Origin: an uncultured bacterium
Lineage (GTDB): Bacteria > Oederibacteriota > JAAXVQ01 > JAUVAV01
Assembly: GCA_963710755.1 (NCBI GenBank)
Contig: CAVQBK010000001.1
Location: 160,001-224,000 of the forward strand
Length of the DNA stretch: 64,000 bases
Reading direction: 5' to 3'
How positions within the stretch are numbered: position 1 is the stretch's first letter; every line of letters starts with the position of its first letter. The notes beneath the pieces were generated by a model. It was not told where the DNA came from. It worked only from the letters and a program-made list of their open reading frames with translations, and ran no database searches. Shown here piece after piece: positions 52,071 to 62,113 of this stretch. The translations under genes were made by a program, and so were the position numbers.

Positions 52071-53180
52071 GTGACTAGAAACCCATTTAAATTTGGTGAG
52101 CCCGTCACAGGCGATTATTTTGCAGGCCGCTATCGCGAAAGAGAATTAATGATTTCAGAATTAACCCTCGGCCACAATGTCATTGTCTTCGGTCCCTGTC
52201 AGCACGGTAAAACCAGCATCGCCAAAAAAGTTCTTTCTGAAATTGAGAAACGGGGGTTTATGACGCTGTATCTGGATCTGAACCGCAGCTATTCGCCCAT
52301 GCGTTTTGTGGAAATTTATTTAAGCGAACTGCTTCGTTCCGGGTTTCGTCAAACCAAAGATTTACGAGCCTTTATAGAGGGTCTTGATCCAAACTTAAAA
52401 GAACATTTGAAATTGAAAATCGAGGGCAATGATGAATTGATTCTTGATCTTAACGAAGACAGTGATTATGAAACCATCGCCACTACGGTTTTAGAATTAG
52501 GTCAGCAGACAGCTCTCTATAAAATGAAACCATGCATTGTCTGTATTGATGAAATCTCGGAGGGCGGTAATCATTCCGATAAATTTCGGGACTATTTTTT
52601 GGAAGTTGCCAAACGTCATGATAATGTGGGTTATCTCTTTTTAAGTTTGAATCAACCTCAGGATGGTTTAAATAGCAAAAACGGGTTTGTGACCATTACC
52701 CTTGAAACTATTGAAGAACGTTATTTTAAAGGTTACATTAAAACTCGCTTTGAAAATACGGGTTTCAGAATCAACGAGGAAGTGATCGACGAGCTATTGA
52801 CCTTGACCGGAAGCCATCCTCATTTCACCCAAATGATTTGCAGCCGCTTGTGGGATCAGTGGTATGGAGGCAAAGTCATTTCCAGTAAAAGCATAGCGCG
52901 GGCTGTGGAGGAAATCCTGGAAATCAATAGTGAGTACTATACCTCTTTATGGCAGGACCTATCCCTTCATCAAAAAAGCCTGCTCTTGGCCGTGGCTCAA
53001 GGTGGCGGCCAGAAAATTTTCAGCCAGGATTTTGTGGGCCGCTTTGGCTTAGGAAGCTTTTCCACCGTACAAAAATCCCTGCGCCGGCTTTTGGCCAAAC
53101 ATTTACTGGAACGGCGGGGTGACGAGTATATGATTCGCGATATCTTTTTCAGTCAGTGGCTGGCAAAAAATATGTTCTGA
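52071..53180 (+). CDS. Archaeal-type AAA ATPase with C-terminal winged helix
   Basis: NPF.FG.PV...F.GR..E, GPCQHGKT, CIDE, T..HP.F.Q. Confidence 0.8.
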   Translation: MTRNPFKFGEPVTGDYFAGRYRERELMISELTLGHNVIVFGPCQHGKTSIAKKVLSEIEKRGFMTLYLDLNRSYSPMRFVEIYLSELLRSGFRQTKDLRAFIEGLDPNLKEHLKLKIEGNDELILDLNEDSDYETIATTVLELGQQTALYKMKPCIVCIDEISEGGNHSDKFRDYFLEVAKRHDNVGYLFLSLNQPQDGLNSKNGFVTITLETIEERYFKGYIKTRFENTGFRINEEVIDELLTLTGSHPHFTQMICSRLWDQWYGGKVISSKSIARAVEEILEINSEYYTSLWQDLSLHQKSLLLAVAQGGGQKIFSQDFVGRFGLGSFSTVQKSLRRLLAKHLLERRGDEYMIRDIFFSQWLAKNMF

Positions 53181-53184
53181 GCCG

Positions 53185-53673
53185 ATGGATCAGGACGTTT
53201 ATCTTGACATCGAAACCTCCTACAGCGGGCAAATCACTATTGTTGGACTCTTTAAGCCCGCGCACCAACAAACCATCCAACTGGTCGCCCCGGACATTAC
53301 TTCCTTGGGCTTATTGCAAGTCCTTGATGATGTGGGTGTCATCAAGACTTACAATGGGGCGCGCTTTGATTTACCTGTGATCAAGCGGCAACTCGGACTG
53401 GATTTAAGCGCCTTATTCACGCACCGTGATTTAATGTATCTCTGTTGGCAACATGGTTACAAAGGTGGACTAAAAGCCGTGGAACAGCAACTTCACATTG
53501 TGCGCCCAAGCCAAGGCATAGATGGCCATCAAGCCATGGCGTTATGGAGACGTTGGTGGGAATTCCGGGATCACCAAGCCCTGGCGTCCTTATTACAGTA
53601 CAATCAGGATGACGTAGAATTGCTTGCTCAAGTGGAAGAACGGCTTCTAAAGCTTCAGGAAAAACGCTTATAA
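53185..53673 (+). CDS. YprB/RNase_H_2-like exonuclease domain protein
   Basis: YLDIET, TYNG..FDLP, GGLK.VE, YN..DV. Confidence 0.85.
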   Translation: MDQDVYLDIETSYSGQITIVGLFKPAHQQTIQLVAPDITSLGLLQVLDDVGVIKTYNGARFDLPVIKRQLGLDLSALFTHRDLMYLCWQHGYKGGLKAVEQQLHIVRPSQGIDGHQAMALWRRWWEFRDHQALASLLQYNQDDVELLAQVEERLLKLQEKRL

Positions 53674-53744
53674 TTTAAATTCTTTTTTGATTTTTGCATT
53701 AATTATGTTATTTTATAGTAACTTGGCCAAGAAAGAGGAATGGA

Positions 53745-54572
53745 ATGAAGTCACTTCTCCAAAAGTCCACTCTGGAAACAATTGAACATCGGTTGGAAGC
53801 AGCTACACGCCTGCTGTTATTCGTCGATTTCGATGATATACTTATGCCCGCAGCCTCAAAAGGACTGTCCATGCCTCTCACTGATGATGACCGCGAATTT
53901 TTTCGTGAAATTTCCGAAAAAACCACCATCAGCTTAGCCTTCACCAGCAATCTTTCCATGACGGAGTTAAAACGCCTCATTGGATTCAGTGGTATTTACT
54001 TGATTGCCAATAATGGACTGGAAATCTCCGGTCCTGATCTAAATGTGGTGCATGGTGAAGCAAAAAAAGCAAGAAGGATCCTGGAACCGGTGGTGCGCAG
54101 CCTGGAAAACAATCTTAAAGAATTGCCCGGTATAGTCTTGGACAATCGCCATTATTCTTTGGCCTTAAACATGGCCAATGCCCGGGCTTCGGTACAGCGA
54201 AAAGCCAGAATTCTTACAGAACAGGTTTGGACCGCAGTAATGGACAACTTCACCTTACTGGAAACACGTCACGAGTTGGTGCTGCGTCCCAGAATTGGGT
54301 GGGGGAAAAACCGGGCTGTCATGTTCATATGGAATAAATTTGCCTCACCCCGGCGGCGACCCTTGGTCATGTATGTTGGCAGTGATGATTTGGATGAAGA
54401 TATTTTTACCATGATGGGCAAAGAAGGTATTGGCATCGTGGTCGGAGGTACAGCCCGGGTAGAGCGCTCCAAAGCGGGTTATATGCTAAAAAACCGGGCG
54501 GAAGTCTATCGGTACATCGACTGGTTGAAGAAAAATGCTTCCCGTATCAAAGCGCCGGGAATGTCCGTATAA
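53745..54572 (+). CDS. Trehalose-6-phosphate phosphatase-like HAD protein (divergent)
   Basis: LLFVDFD, NGLEI, LRP...WGK..AV, YVG...DEDIF, G.GI.VG. Confidence 0.75.
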   Translation: MKSLLQKSTLETIEHRLEAATRLLLFVDFDDILMPAASKGLSMPLTDDDREFFREISEKTTISLAFTSNLSMTELKRLIGFSGIYLIANNGLEISGPDLNVVHGEAKKARRILEPVVRSLENNLKELPGIVLDNRHYSLALNMANARASVQRKARILTEQVWTAVMDNFTLLETRHELVLRPRIGWGKNRAVMFIWNKFASPRRRPLVMYVGSDDLDEDIFTMMGKEGIGIVVGGTARVERSKAGYMLKNRAEVYRYIDWLKKNASRIKAPGMSV

Positions 54573-54714
54573 ATCTTCTTGATCACCAGCAACAACGCAT
54601 AAAAAATTATAACTAAGGGCCTTTCGGCTAAACAAGGTGCGTTATCGCCGGGACGGCCAATTTGTGTGCACAAGGTATCGCTAAAATAGTTAGGAACCAA
54701 ACTAAGGAGCCCAC

Positions 54715-55890
54715 ATGGACGAGCTTGTACATACCCTAATAACCTTGTTTATCATCATCCTATCTGCCCGTATTGTGGGCGAACTTTTCGAAAGAATTCA
54801 GCAGCCAGCCGTAGTCGGAGAGTTGTTAATTGGTATGCTTATTGGTCCCCATGCCCTGGGTTTGGTGCACGAAAGTGAGATTGTGGCCATTATTGCCGAA
54901 CTGGCGGTGATATTCCTGCTCTTTCAAGTCGGGCTGGAAACCAAACTTTCTGAAATGTTGAAAGTAGGTAAAAATTCTTTCTGGGTGGCGCTTTTAGGGG
55001 TGATTTTACCCTTCGTCGCAGGCTATGCTTATTTGACAGCCTTGCATCATGATTACAAAGTTGCCCTGTTTTTAGGCGCCGCTATGGTGGCCACGTCGGT
55101 AGGTATCACGGCACGGGTTTTGGCGGATTTGAAATTTCTGCAAAGTACGGAAAGCCGGATTATTTTGGGAGCTGCCGTAATTGACGATGTCATGGGCATG
55201 ATCGTCCTGGCTATGGTCTCCGGCCTGACCCAAGGAGAATTCTCCATGTTGGGGTTGATTAGGATCACCGCGCAGGCGGTTCTTTTCGTGGTGTTGGTGG
55301 TGGGTATAGGCACATTGCTGACTTCACGTTTTGGCTATCTAATGGAAAAATTCAAGAGTCGCAATATGCCTTTTATCATCGCCATAGCTAGTTGTCTGGG
55401 CCTGGCGGCGTTTGCTCAAAGTATCGGTTTGGCCGCTATTATCGGCGCTTTTCTGGCGGGGATGGTGTTTGCCGAAAACAGCGAAGCCTTTCAATTGCAT
55501 CACAAGATTCAGCCAATGAATGACTTTTTAGTTCCGATCTTTTTTGTGGTAATGGGGACTAATGTGGACGTTAAACTGTTTACTTCTTTGCCCATCCTCA
55601 TCATGGCGTTGATTGTCACGTTAATGGCGGTGGTCACCAAATTGGTGGGTTGCGGCTTGGCAGTAATCAAGCAGCGTCTGGCAACCAGTATGGTGGTTGG
55701 TGTGGGTATGGTCCCGAGAGGGGAAGTGGGCTTGATCATTGCAGCTATCGGTGCCAAGATGGGCATATTTCCCGATGATATCTATGCAGTTATTGTCTTC
55801 ATGTGCATGGCTACTACCTTGTTAATGCCGCCTTTTATGAAAATGGCGGTGCAGCACAAAGTTAAAAACGTGGTCACTGGTAAAGGTTAA
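54715..55890 (+). CDS. Cation:proton antiporter (CPA2)
   Basis: QP.VVGEL..G, LLF.VGLET, ATSVGIT, GAAVIDD, GM.PRGEV. Confidence 0.93.
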   Translation: MDELVHTLITLFIIILSARIVGELFERIQQPAVVGELLIGMLIGPHALGLVHESEIVAIIAELAVIFLLFQVGLETKLSEMLKVGKNSFWVALLGVILPFVAGYAYLTALHHDYKVALFLGAAMVATSVGITARVLADLKFLQSTESRIILGAAVIDDVMGMIVLAMVSGLTQGEFSMLGLIRITAQAVLFVVLVVGIGTLLTSRFGYLMEKFKSRNMPFIIAIASCLGLAAFAQSIGLAAIIGAFLAGMVFAENSEAFQLHHKIQPMNDFLVPIFFVVMGTNVDVKLFTSLPILIMALIVTLMAVVTKLVGCGLAVIKQRLATSMVVGVGMVPRGEVGLIIAAIGAKMGIFPDDIYAVIVFMCMATTLLMPPFMKMAVQHKVKNVVTGKG

Positions 55891-55935
55891 TCCTGAAACA
55901 CCATCCAATGCCTGAAGTTATGAGGTTGATTTATA

Positions 55936-58900
55936 ATGGAGAATAGAATCAAACCGAAAAAACACTTTCTCCTCTTTGTGTTGATGTCCTTGATGGTAGT
56001 AGCGGTCAGCGGGCCACGAATAATTCAGGCAGAAATGATGCCTGATCAGCTTTTTCAATTTGCATTCACCCTCTTTCAGAATCATACCTTCGGTCTTTCC
56101 CGTGACCAATTCCGCAAATATCTACAATCCTATCCCGACCAGGCTAAAGCCGGTGACGCCCAGTATTTAATTGCCTTGAGTTATTATGAAGAAGGCCAAT
56201 ATAAACAAGCCGCCCTGAACTATCAACGAGTGGTAGATTACTACAACTTGACCCGGTATTTGCCGGAAGCACGATATCAATTGGCCCGTTGTTTAATTCA
56301 TCTGCATCAGTACAACGAGGCTGCCCGGCAACTCAGCTTTTTTTTAGAGAATTTTCCCAACCACCCCCTGTTGGCGGAAGCTACGTATTGGCTGGCGGAA
56401 GCCACCTTCCAAACCAAGGATTACGCCAAGGCCCTGAGTATTTACCAATCCTTCAGCCAGCAATTTTCAAATCACTCCCTTTACCCTTATGCTGTATATT
56501 CCAGCGGCTGGATTTGCTATACCCTGGCCAAACAAATGATGAAACACGATAGTACCGATCAGGAGACCATGGCCAATAAAAGTACTGGTTACTTCGAGGC
56601 GCTGCTCAAGACCACACCTGACTTTGTTCTCGCGCCGGAAGCTCACTACTATTGCGGAGAAGATTATTTGATTCTAAACCAGCCGTCCCTGGCTGCCGGT
56701 CATTTTCGCAAAGTCCTGAAGCTTTACGCCCGGCATCCCTTGGCGGTATATAGCCAATACGGCTTGGGCCTATCCCAATTGATGGCGCAGACGCCGGCTG
56801 ATGCTGAAAAAACCTTCGAGCAACTGATTAAATCCCACCCCCAACATGCCTTGGTGCCTTTGACCACTTTTCGTCTGGGCATGGCCATGGCCAATCAGCA
56901 TCATTTTGATGAAGCAGTCTCCGTTCTCGTTAATGTCAGCAGGCGCTATCCCAAGGATGAGATTGTCCCCAGGGCCACTTATTTGGCGGCGTGGTGCAGG
57001 TTACAGCAACAAGACTATAATAAAGCCATACTTTTATTCCAGGCCATGATGGATCAGAATCCCAGCGACAGTCTGGCGGCCCAGGGACTTTATATGATGG
57101 GGAATGCCTTCTACAAATTGAATCGCTATGATTCCGCCTCCAAGGTTTATCAGGATGTCTATGCCAACTATTCTGGTTCACTGTGGGGACCGCGGTCCCT
57201 CTTTTGGACTGCCTGGTGTGAACTTAAATTAGGTCGCTTAAGCGAGGCCAAAGACGCCTTCCAACGTTTTGTAACCAACTACCCCAAACACGATTTGGCC
57301 CCGGAAGCTCAGTTGCGTCTGGGTGATACCTATTATCAAATGAATATGGATGAACAGGCTCAGGCTGCTTACGCCCTCGTTTTGAAAAAATATCCACTGG
57401 GCCGGGAAGCCGCACTGGCTCAATCCGGCCTAGGCTGGATTGCCTTTCGGGCCAACCGATACGACGAAGCGGAAAAGGCATTCAAGAAAATCATTCTTCT
57501 CTATCCCGCTGGGCCGGTGCAGGCCGATGCGTTGATGCGTTTAGGCGACATCGCCTTCAATGAAAAAGCCTATGCCGCGGCCGATGATTATTACAGCCGG
57601 GTGATCAATCGCTATCAGGGTCGGCCCGACTATGCCGAAGCCTTGTATCAAAGCGGTTGGTGTGCTTATAGAATGGAACAATTTGACCGCGCCAAAGAAC
57701 GGTGGAAAACCTTGCGCAGTCAACTGCCTGAGGATCCCCAAGCGGGCGAAGCCATTTATTGGACAGGATGGGCGGCTTTTCGTCAGGGTGATTACATGGA
57801 AGCCATCAAATATTATCAGGATATGATCAGTCACTATCGCCAAAGTCATTTACTGAGCGATGCCGAACTGCGTATTGCCAATTGTTACTACAATGAAAAA
57901 AAATACAAAACGGCGATTGCCAAATATCAGGGCTTCGTGAAAAAACACCCCAATGACCCTTTGTTACCCGATGCTTTGTACGGCATTCAATGGTCTTATT
58001 ACCAATTAGGTAATTACAACAAAGCTATCGAGACGTCCAAGCAGTTTGTTAAACAATACCCTTTGAGTCCGCTCTCTGCAGATGTTCAATATCGCATTGC
58101 CGAGCACTATTATAACCGTAAAGATTACAAGCGCGCTCTTAAGGAGTTTCAGGACGTAATTCAGAAGTATCCTCAGAATCCTCTGGTGGTCAATGCCTTA
58201 TACTGGTCGGCCTGGGCTTATTTCAAAGAGCGGGATTACCGGGAAGCCCTAACTCATTTTCGCAAGGTCCATGACGACTTCACTCAACAACCTCTAGCGC
58301 CCAAAGCCTATTTTTGGATGGGTACCTGTTTTTATCAAATGAAGGAATATGATCAAGCTATTCATATATTTGATGATTTTGTAGTCCAATACCCCGATCA
58401 TCAACTGGGGGCAGATGCACGCTTCAACAAGGCTATGGCCTTTAAACGTCTGGGTCTGGACCAGGAAGCCAAGCAGGCTTACCTGGAGGTAGTGGATCAC
58501 TATCCACAAACCTCCATGGCTTACAAGGCACAAATGCATATTGCCTATATTTTGCAAGACGCCAAGAAAAATGAGGAAGCTAAAGAGGCGTATCGTCAGT
58601 TGGTTAAAACAGCACCGGCCAAATATGCCGCGGAAGCCCAATTTTGGATCGGTGATATTAGCCAATCTCAAAATAATTTCAAAACCGCAGTAGACGATTA
58701 TTTAAAAGTGGCCAATTCTTATCCTCGGGAACAGCGTTGGTCCATGACCGCTTTGGCCAGAGTCGCCGAAATTCACGAAAAGACAGGGGAATTCGAAGCA
58801 GCTATTGGCATTTATGAGCGCATCAGCCGTTCCAGCAAAGACAAACGCTGGAAAAAATCGGCGCGGGCCCGCATAGCCTTAATTAAGGAAAAACTGGCTA

Positions 58901-58962
58901 CTCTGGACGCGATTCCCATGAGTGCGCCTACCAGCTCACCTGAACCAAAGGATGAACACTAA
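55936..58962 (+). CDS. Large periplasmic TPR protein (YbgF/BamD-like repeats)
   Basis: Signal peptide; more than 20 repeats of A.Y..G..Y....Y..A...F...YP. Confidence 0.9.
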   Translation: MENRIKPKKHFLLFVLMSLMVVAVSGPRIIQAEMMPDQLFQFAFTLFQNHTFGLSRDQFRKYLQSYPDQAKAGDAQYLIALSYYEEGQYKQAALNYQRVVDYYNLTRYLPEARYQLARCLIHLHQYNEAARQLSFFLENFPNHPLLAEATYWLAEATFQTKDYAKALSIYQSFSQQFSNHSLYPYAVYSSGWICYTLAKQMMKHDSTDQETMANKSTGYFEALLKTTPDFVLAPEAHYYCGEDYLILNQPSLAAGHFRKVLKLYARHPLAVYSQYGLGLSQLMAQTPADAEKTFEQLIKSHPQHALVPLTTFRLGMAMANQHHFDEAVSVLVNVSRRYPKDEIVPRATYLAAWCRLQQQDYNKAILLFQAMMDQNPSDSLAAQGLYMMGNAFYKLNRYDSASKVYQDVYANYSGSLWGPRSLFWTAWCELKLGRLSEAKDAFQRFVTNYPKHDLAPEAQLRLGDTYYQMNMDEQAQAAYALVLKKYPLGREAALAQSGLGWIAFRANRYDEAEKAFKKIILLYPAGPVQADALMRLGDIAFNEKAYAAADDYYSRVINRYQGRPDYAEALYQSGWCAYRMEQFDRAKERWKTLRSQLPEDPQAGEAIYWTGWAAFRQGDYMEAIKYYQDMISHYRQSHLLSDAELRIANCYYNEKKYKTAIAKYQGFVKKHPNDPLLPDALYGIQWSYYQLGNYNKAIETSKQFVKQYPLSPLSADVQYRIAEHYYNRKDYKRALKEFQDVIQKYPQNPLVVNALYWSAWAYFKERDYREALTHFRKVHDDFTQQPLAPKAYFWMGTCFYQMKEYDQAIHIFDDFVVQYPDHQLGADARFNKAMAFKRLGLDQEAKQAYLEVVDHYPQTSMAYKAQMHIAYILQDAKKNEEAKEAYRQLVKTAPAKYAAEAQFWIGDISQSQNNFKTAVDDYLKVANSYPREQRWSMTALARVAEIHEKTGEFEAAIGIYERISRSSKDKRWKKSARARIALIKEKLATLDAIPMSAPTSSPEPKDEH

Positions 58963-58965
58963 CCC

Positions 58966-60741
58966 ATGAAGCTTGGAATAACGCGATTTATCATCTGCAT
59001 AGTGCTCCTGGCGCCGTTCTGGCCTCAGGCAACACATGCCATTGACCGGGATGAAGATTTGTCCGGAGCCCAGGAGAACATGGAACCCAAATCCTATCAT
59101 GGTCTGGATCAGGAACCGCAGCGGCAAAAAGCAGGGAAAGATCAAAAACGCCCCACTTTAAAACTTCCCGAAGTCATTGTGAAAGGAGAGCGGCAATATC
59201 GCGTTTCAGCTGAAAAAAAAGAACTGCTCGATATTGATCCTATGAAAGCAACCAAGGATGTACCGGAAGATTTGAGTAAAGTTGCCATTCCCGGTCTGAA
59301 AGATGAAAAAAACACGCCGCAATCCACCACCATTACCTCGAAAAACTACGTGTTGCGCTTAGAAGGCGTTGGTGGCAACCACGACCAATTGCGAGGGGAA
59401 GTAATCGCCGGCTATGAGAACAACAGCTTTGATTCAGTTCTGCGTTCTCAATATAATGCAATCTCACTGCCGAAAGTTTTTGGGTTTGTTCCCTTGGATC
59501 AAAAGGCAGAGTTAACCCTTAGCAACCGGTTTAAACCAACGCCACAATGGCAGCTCAGTCTGGATCTCGAGGGCGACACCAGTGCGCACAGTTCCCCTCC
59601 TGTTCCGGAGAGTTTAGGAGACTGGGTTCGCGATCAGAACGGCTCGTTCGCGCTTAAAAATAAGATTGAATTAAATCCCCAGACCTTGATCACCCTTGAT
59701 CTGGCCGCTTCCCAGTACCGGCTTTATAGCGGGCCCTGGCATTTCCAAAATGATCAACTGCGCCAAGCCAATCTGGCGCAAGGTCATGTGAATGTGGACA
59801 TCACCGTGCCCTTCCTTAATCAACATGACTTGAACGTGTTGGCGGAGGGGACTTTGACTTCCCAAAGCCTGCAGGAAAACGGGCCTACCGGAACCTACGG
59901 ATCATTGGATGAACGTTTCAGCACCATTAAAGTACGCACCCGTTACCAGCCCTTGTCTTTAATCACCTTGGATCTGGGTGTCAAACTGGATCAGTTAAAC
60001 CGCTCGTTAGGTGTCATTGCCGATCAAAACATTATTGGTCAAGTGGATTTGGTATTTCCCTGGGGAACCACGCTCTACACACGTCTTGATGGCGGCTTGA
60101 ATTGGATCAATGCCCGCGATCTCATTCCCGAGCCCTTGCGGATAACCTGGCAATCATTGACCAGTAATGCTCCGGTACAACCGGAAAGACTTAAAGATCA
60201 GCTCGAAGTCGGCTGGCGTCAAAAGGTAACCGATGAGCTGACCCTTGATCTGAGCTGGAAGAAAAAGACTATTGATCATTACTTGGTCTGGACCAATGAA
60301 ACAGGGTTGCCCTTATTTTCATTTCGCCAGATTAACGATGTCAGCATAAACCAGGCTGCGTTTAGCCTCCAGGTGCATCCGCAGGGGTCCATAACCATGG
60401 ACTTGGGAATGGATTACAACGAAGGGCAATGGGGAGTTAACCATCAGGCTATACCTTATCTTCCGCTGTGGCAAGGGCATGCCGGTGTGACCTGGGAAAA
60501 TAATCCCTGGACAATATCGTTACTCTATCACTATAGTGATGCCAGGTGCGCCTCGTTGAGCAATCCAAGCGTCCAACTTAAAGCTGTTCATTTGCTGGGT
60601 TTAAAAGCCAATTACCAGTTGACCTCCAAGTTGGACCTCCTTTTGGAGATGGATAATTTACTCAGCTATAATTGGGAAAAATGGAGAGGTTACCCGGAGC
60701 CCGGACTCTCTCTGGCCCTGGGCTTGCGGATGACGTTTTAG
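58966..60741 (+). CDS. Outer-membrane beta-barrel, TonB-receptor-like with a reduced plug region
   Basis: Signal peptide, LPEVIVKG TonB-box-like motif, amphipathic strands, PYLP, DNLL...YPEPG....G...F terminus. Confidence 0.7.
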   Translation: MKLGITRFIICIVLLAPFWPQATHAIDRDEDLSGAQENMEPKSYHGLDQEPQRQKAGKDQKRPTLKLPEVIVKGERQYRVSAEKKELLDIDPMKATKDVPEDLSKVAIPGLKDEKNTPQSTTITSKNYVLRLEGVGGNHDQLRGEVIAGYENNSFDSVLRSQYNAISLPKVFGFVPLDQKAELTLSNRFKPTPQWQLSLDLEGDTSAHSSPPVPESLGDWVRDQNGSFALKNKIELNPQTLITLDLAASQYRLYSGPWHFQNDQLRQANLAQGHVNVDITVPFLNQHDLNVLAEGTLTSQSLQENGPTGTYGSLDERFSTIKVRTRYQPLSLITLDLGVKLDQLNRSLGVIADQNIIGQVDLVFPWGTTLYTRLDGGLNWINARDLIPEPLRITWQSLTSNAPVQPERLKDQLEVGWRQKVTDELTLDLSWKKKTIDHYLVWTNETGLPLFSFRQINDVSINQAAFSLQVHPQGSITMDLGMDYNEGQWGVNHQAIPYLPLWQGHAGVTWENNPWTISLLYHYSDARCASLSNPSVQLKAVHLLGLKANYQLTSKLDLLLEMDNLLSYNWEKWRGYPEPGLSLALGLRMTF

Positions 60742-60809
60742 CATCTAGTTCTTGTTGCGGAAGAGGTCTTTTCGATCTTAACATAAAAGTCCTCTTTACT
60801 TGGGAGATG

Positions 60810-60900
60810 CCCTTCCCGCGGGCACCCGGAGGGGATGGAGGTGAGGGATTATCTTTACCCTTTCACCCCAACCCTCTCCCCAAATTTCGGGGGAGAGGGA
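60810..60900. repeat. CCCTCTCCC/GGGAGAGGG-type palindromic repeat pair
   Basis: TCACCCCAACCCTCTCCCC-AAATTTC-GGGGGAGAGGG plus a degenerate inverse copy; relic at 62887-62922. Confidence 0.55.
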
Positions 60901-60933
60901 AAAGGGAAATGGCCCTTTCCGCAACAGGAAGAG

Positions 60934-60961
60934 ATAGGGGAACAGCGCGCCGTGCCCCTAC
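60934..60961 (+). repeat. GTAG-type REP palindrome
   Basis: ATAGGGGAACAGCGCGCCGTGCCCCTAC, 3 mismatches from a perfect palindrome. Confidence 0.6.
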
Positions 60962-61001
60962 TCCATCAATATAAAAAGGTTATCTATGGGAGGCTCTAAC
61001 C

Positions 61002-61673
61002 ATGTTTGAAAATCTTAATTTTTGGCAATTGCTATCCAAAGGTGGCTGGACGATGGTAGCGTTGTTGTTGATGTCCTTGACATCTTGGTTCATCATCATT
61101 GAACGCAGCATCCGTTATAAAATGGCGGCCGTGAATATTGAACATCTGATGATCAAGGTGAAAAAGCTGGTACAGGCTGGCCGGATTGTGGATGCCGGCG
61201 ACCTTTGTCAGGAAACGCCCGGTCCAATCGCCGCAACTTTGAAAGCCGGTTTGCGCTACTATAACCGTGGGGCGGTCTCAGTTAAAGAAGCCATGGATAG
61301 GGTCAGCGCTATGGAAGTGATTCGATTGGAACATTTATTATCTCCTTTGGCCACCATAGGGTCGATTAGTCCCTTTGTGGGATTATTCGGCACTGTGCTT
61401 GGCATCATCACCGCCTTCAGTGCCCTGGCCGGTTCCACGGCTGCCGGTGCGTCAGTGGTGGCCAGCGGCATTGCCGAGGCTCTGGTAGCCACAGCTGCAG
61501 GGTTGTTTACCGCTGTACCGGCGGTAATTGCCTATAATTATTTCGTCCGGCGGGTTACCCGCTTTGATACGGAAATGGCGACCACAGCTTCCGATCTGGT
61601 GGAAACCCTGTTTGGTACTTCCGAATCGGCCCCGGTGAAACCCAATGTTATGCCGCCGGTGGAAAGGGCCTAG
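61002..61673 (+). CDS. exbB: MotA/TolQ/ExbB proton channel
   Basis: LATIGSISPFVGLFGTVLGI, GIAEALVATAAGL..A.PA...YN. Confidence 0.9.
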   Translation: MFENLNFWQLLSKGGWTMVALLLMSLTSWFIIIERSIRYKMAAVNIEHLMIKVKKLVQAGRIVDAGDLCQETPGPIAATLKAGLRYYNRGAVSVKEAMDRVSAMEVIRLEHLLSPLATIGSISPFVGLFGTVLGIITAFSALAGSTAAGASVVASGIAEALVATAAGLFTAVPAVIAYNYFVRRVTRFDTEMATTASDLVETLFGTSESAPVKPNVMPPVERA

Positions 61674-61675
61674 CC

Positions 61676-62113
61676 ATGCGTCGACCCCAACAACGCAACC
61701 GGATCATGGGGGAGATTAACATCACGCCTCTGACGGATGTGATGATGGTGTTATTGGTGATCTTTATGGTCACGACACCTCTGATCATGAAGGCCAACAT
61801 CGATATTAATCTGCCCAAGGCCCACGTACAGCAGAAAACCGAGACTCAGCATATACAACTGATGCTTGATCAAAAAGGAACAGTCTATTTGGACGGGCAG
61901 TCGGTTAAGCTCGAGCAATTGCCGGCCTTGCTCTCCCAGAAACTGGCCAATCAGGCCGAAGCCAGCGTGACCGTATCCGCTGATGCTCAAGTGCCCTACG
62001 GAGAAGCTGTGAAATTACTGGACATTGCCCGACAGGCAGGCGCCAATAAATTGGTGCTGGCTGCGGAACCAATGCCTGTGAAACCCCTATCCCAGGAGAT
62101 GCTCGGAAAATGA
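61676..62113 (+). CDS. exbD: ExbD/TolR
   Basis: EINITPLTDVM.VLL.IFMV, .AD....YG. Confidence 0.92.
   Translation: MRRPQQRNRIMGEINITPLTDVMMVLLVIFMVTTPLIMKANIDINLPKAHVQQKTETQHIQLMLDQKGTVYLDGQSVKLEQLPALLSQKLANQAEASVTVSADAQVPYGEAVKLLDIARQAGANKLVLAAEPMPVKPLSQEMLGK

Noticed and set aside
54573-54714. Possible Na+/Li+ or c-di-AMP riboswitch before the CPA2 antiporter
   Set aside because: No consensus recognisable by eye; an Rfam cmscan would be needed
60672-60974. 100-aa ORF between the barrel gene and exbB
   Set aside because: Reads through palindromic repeats; its composition reflects the repeats
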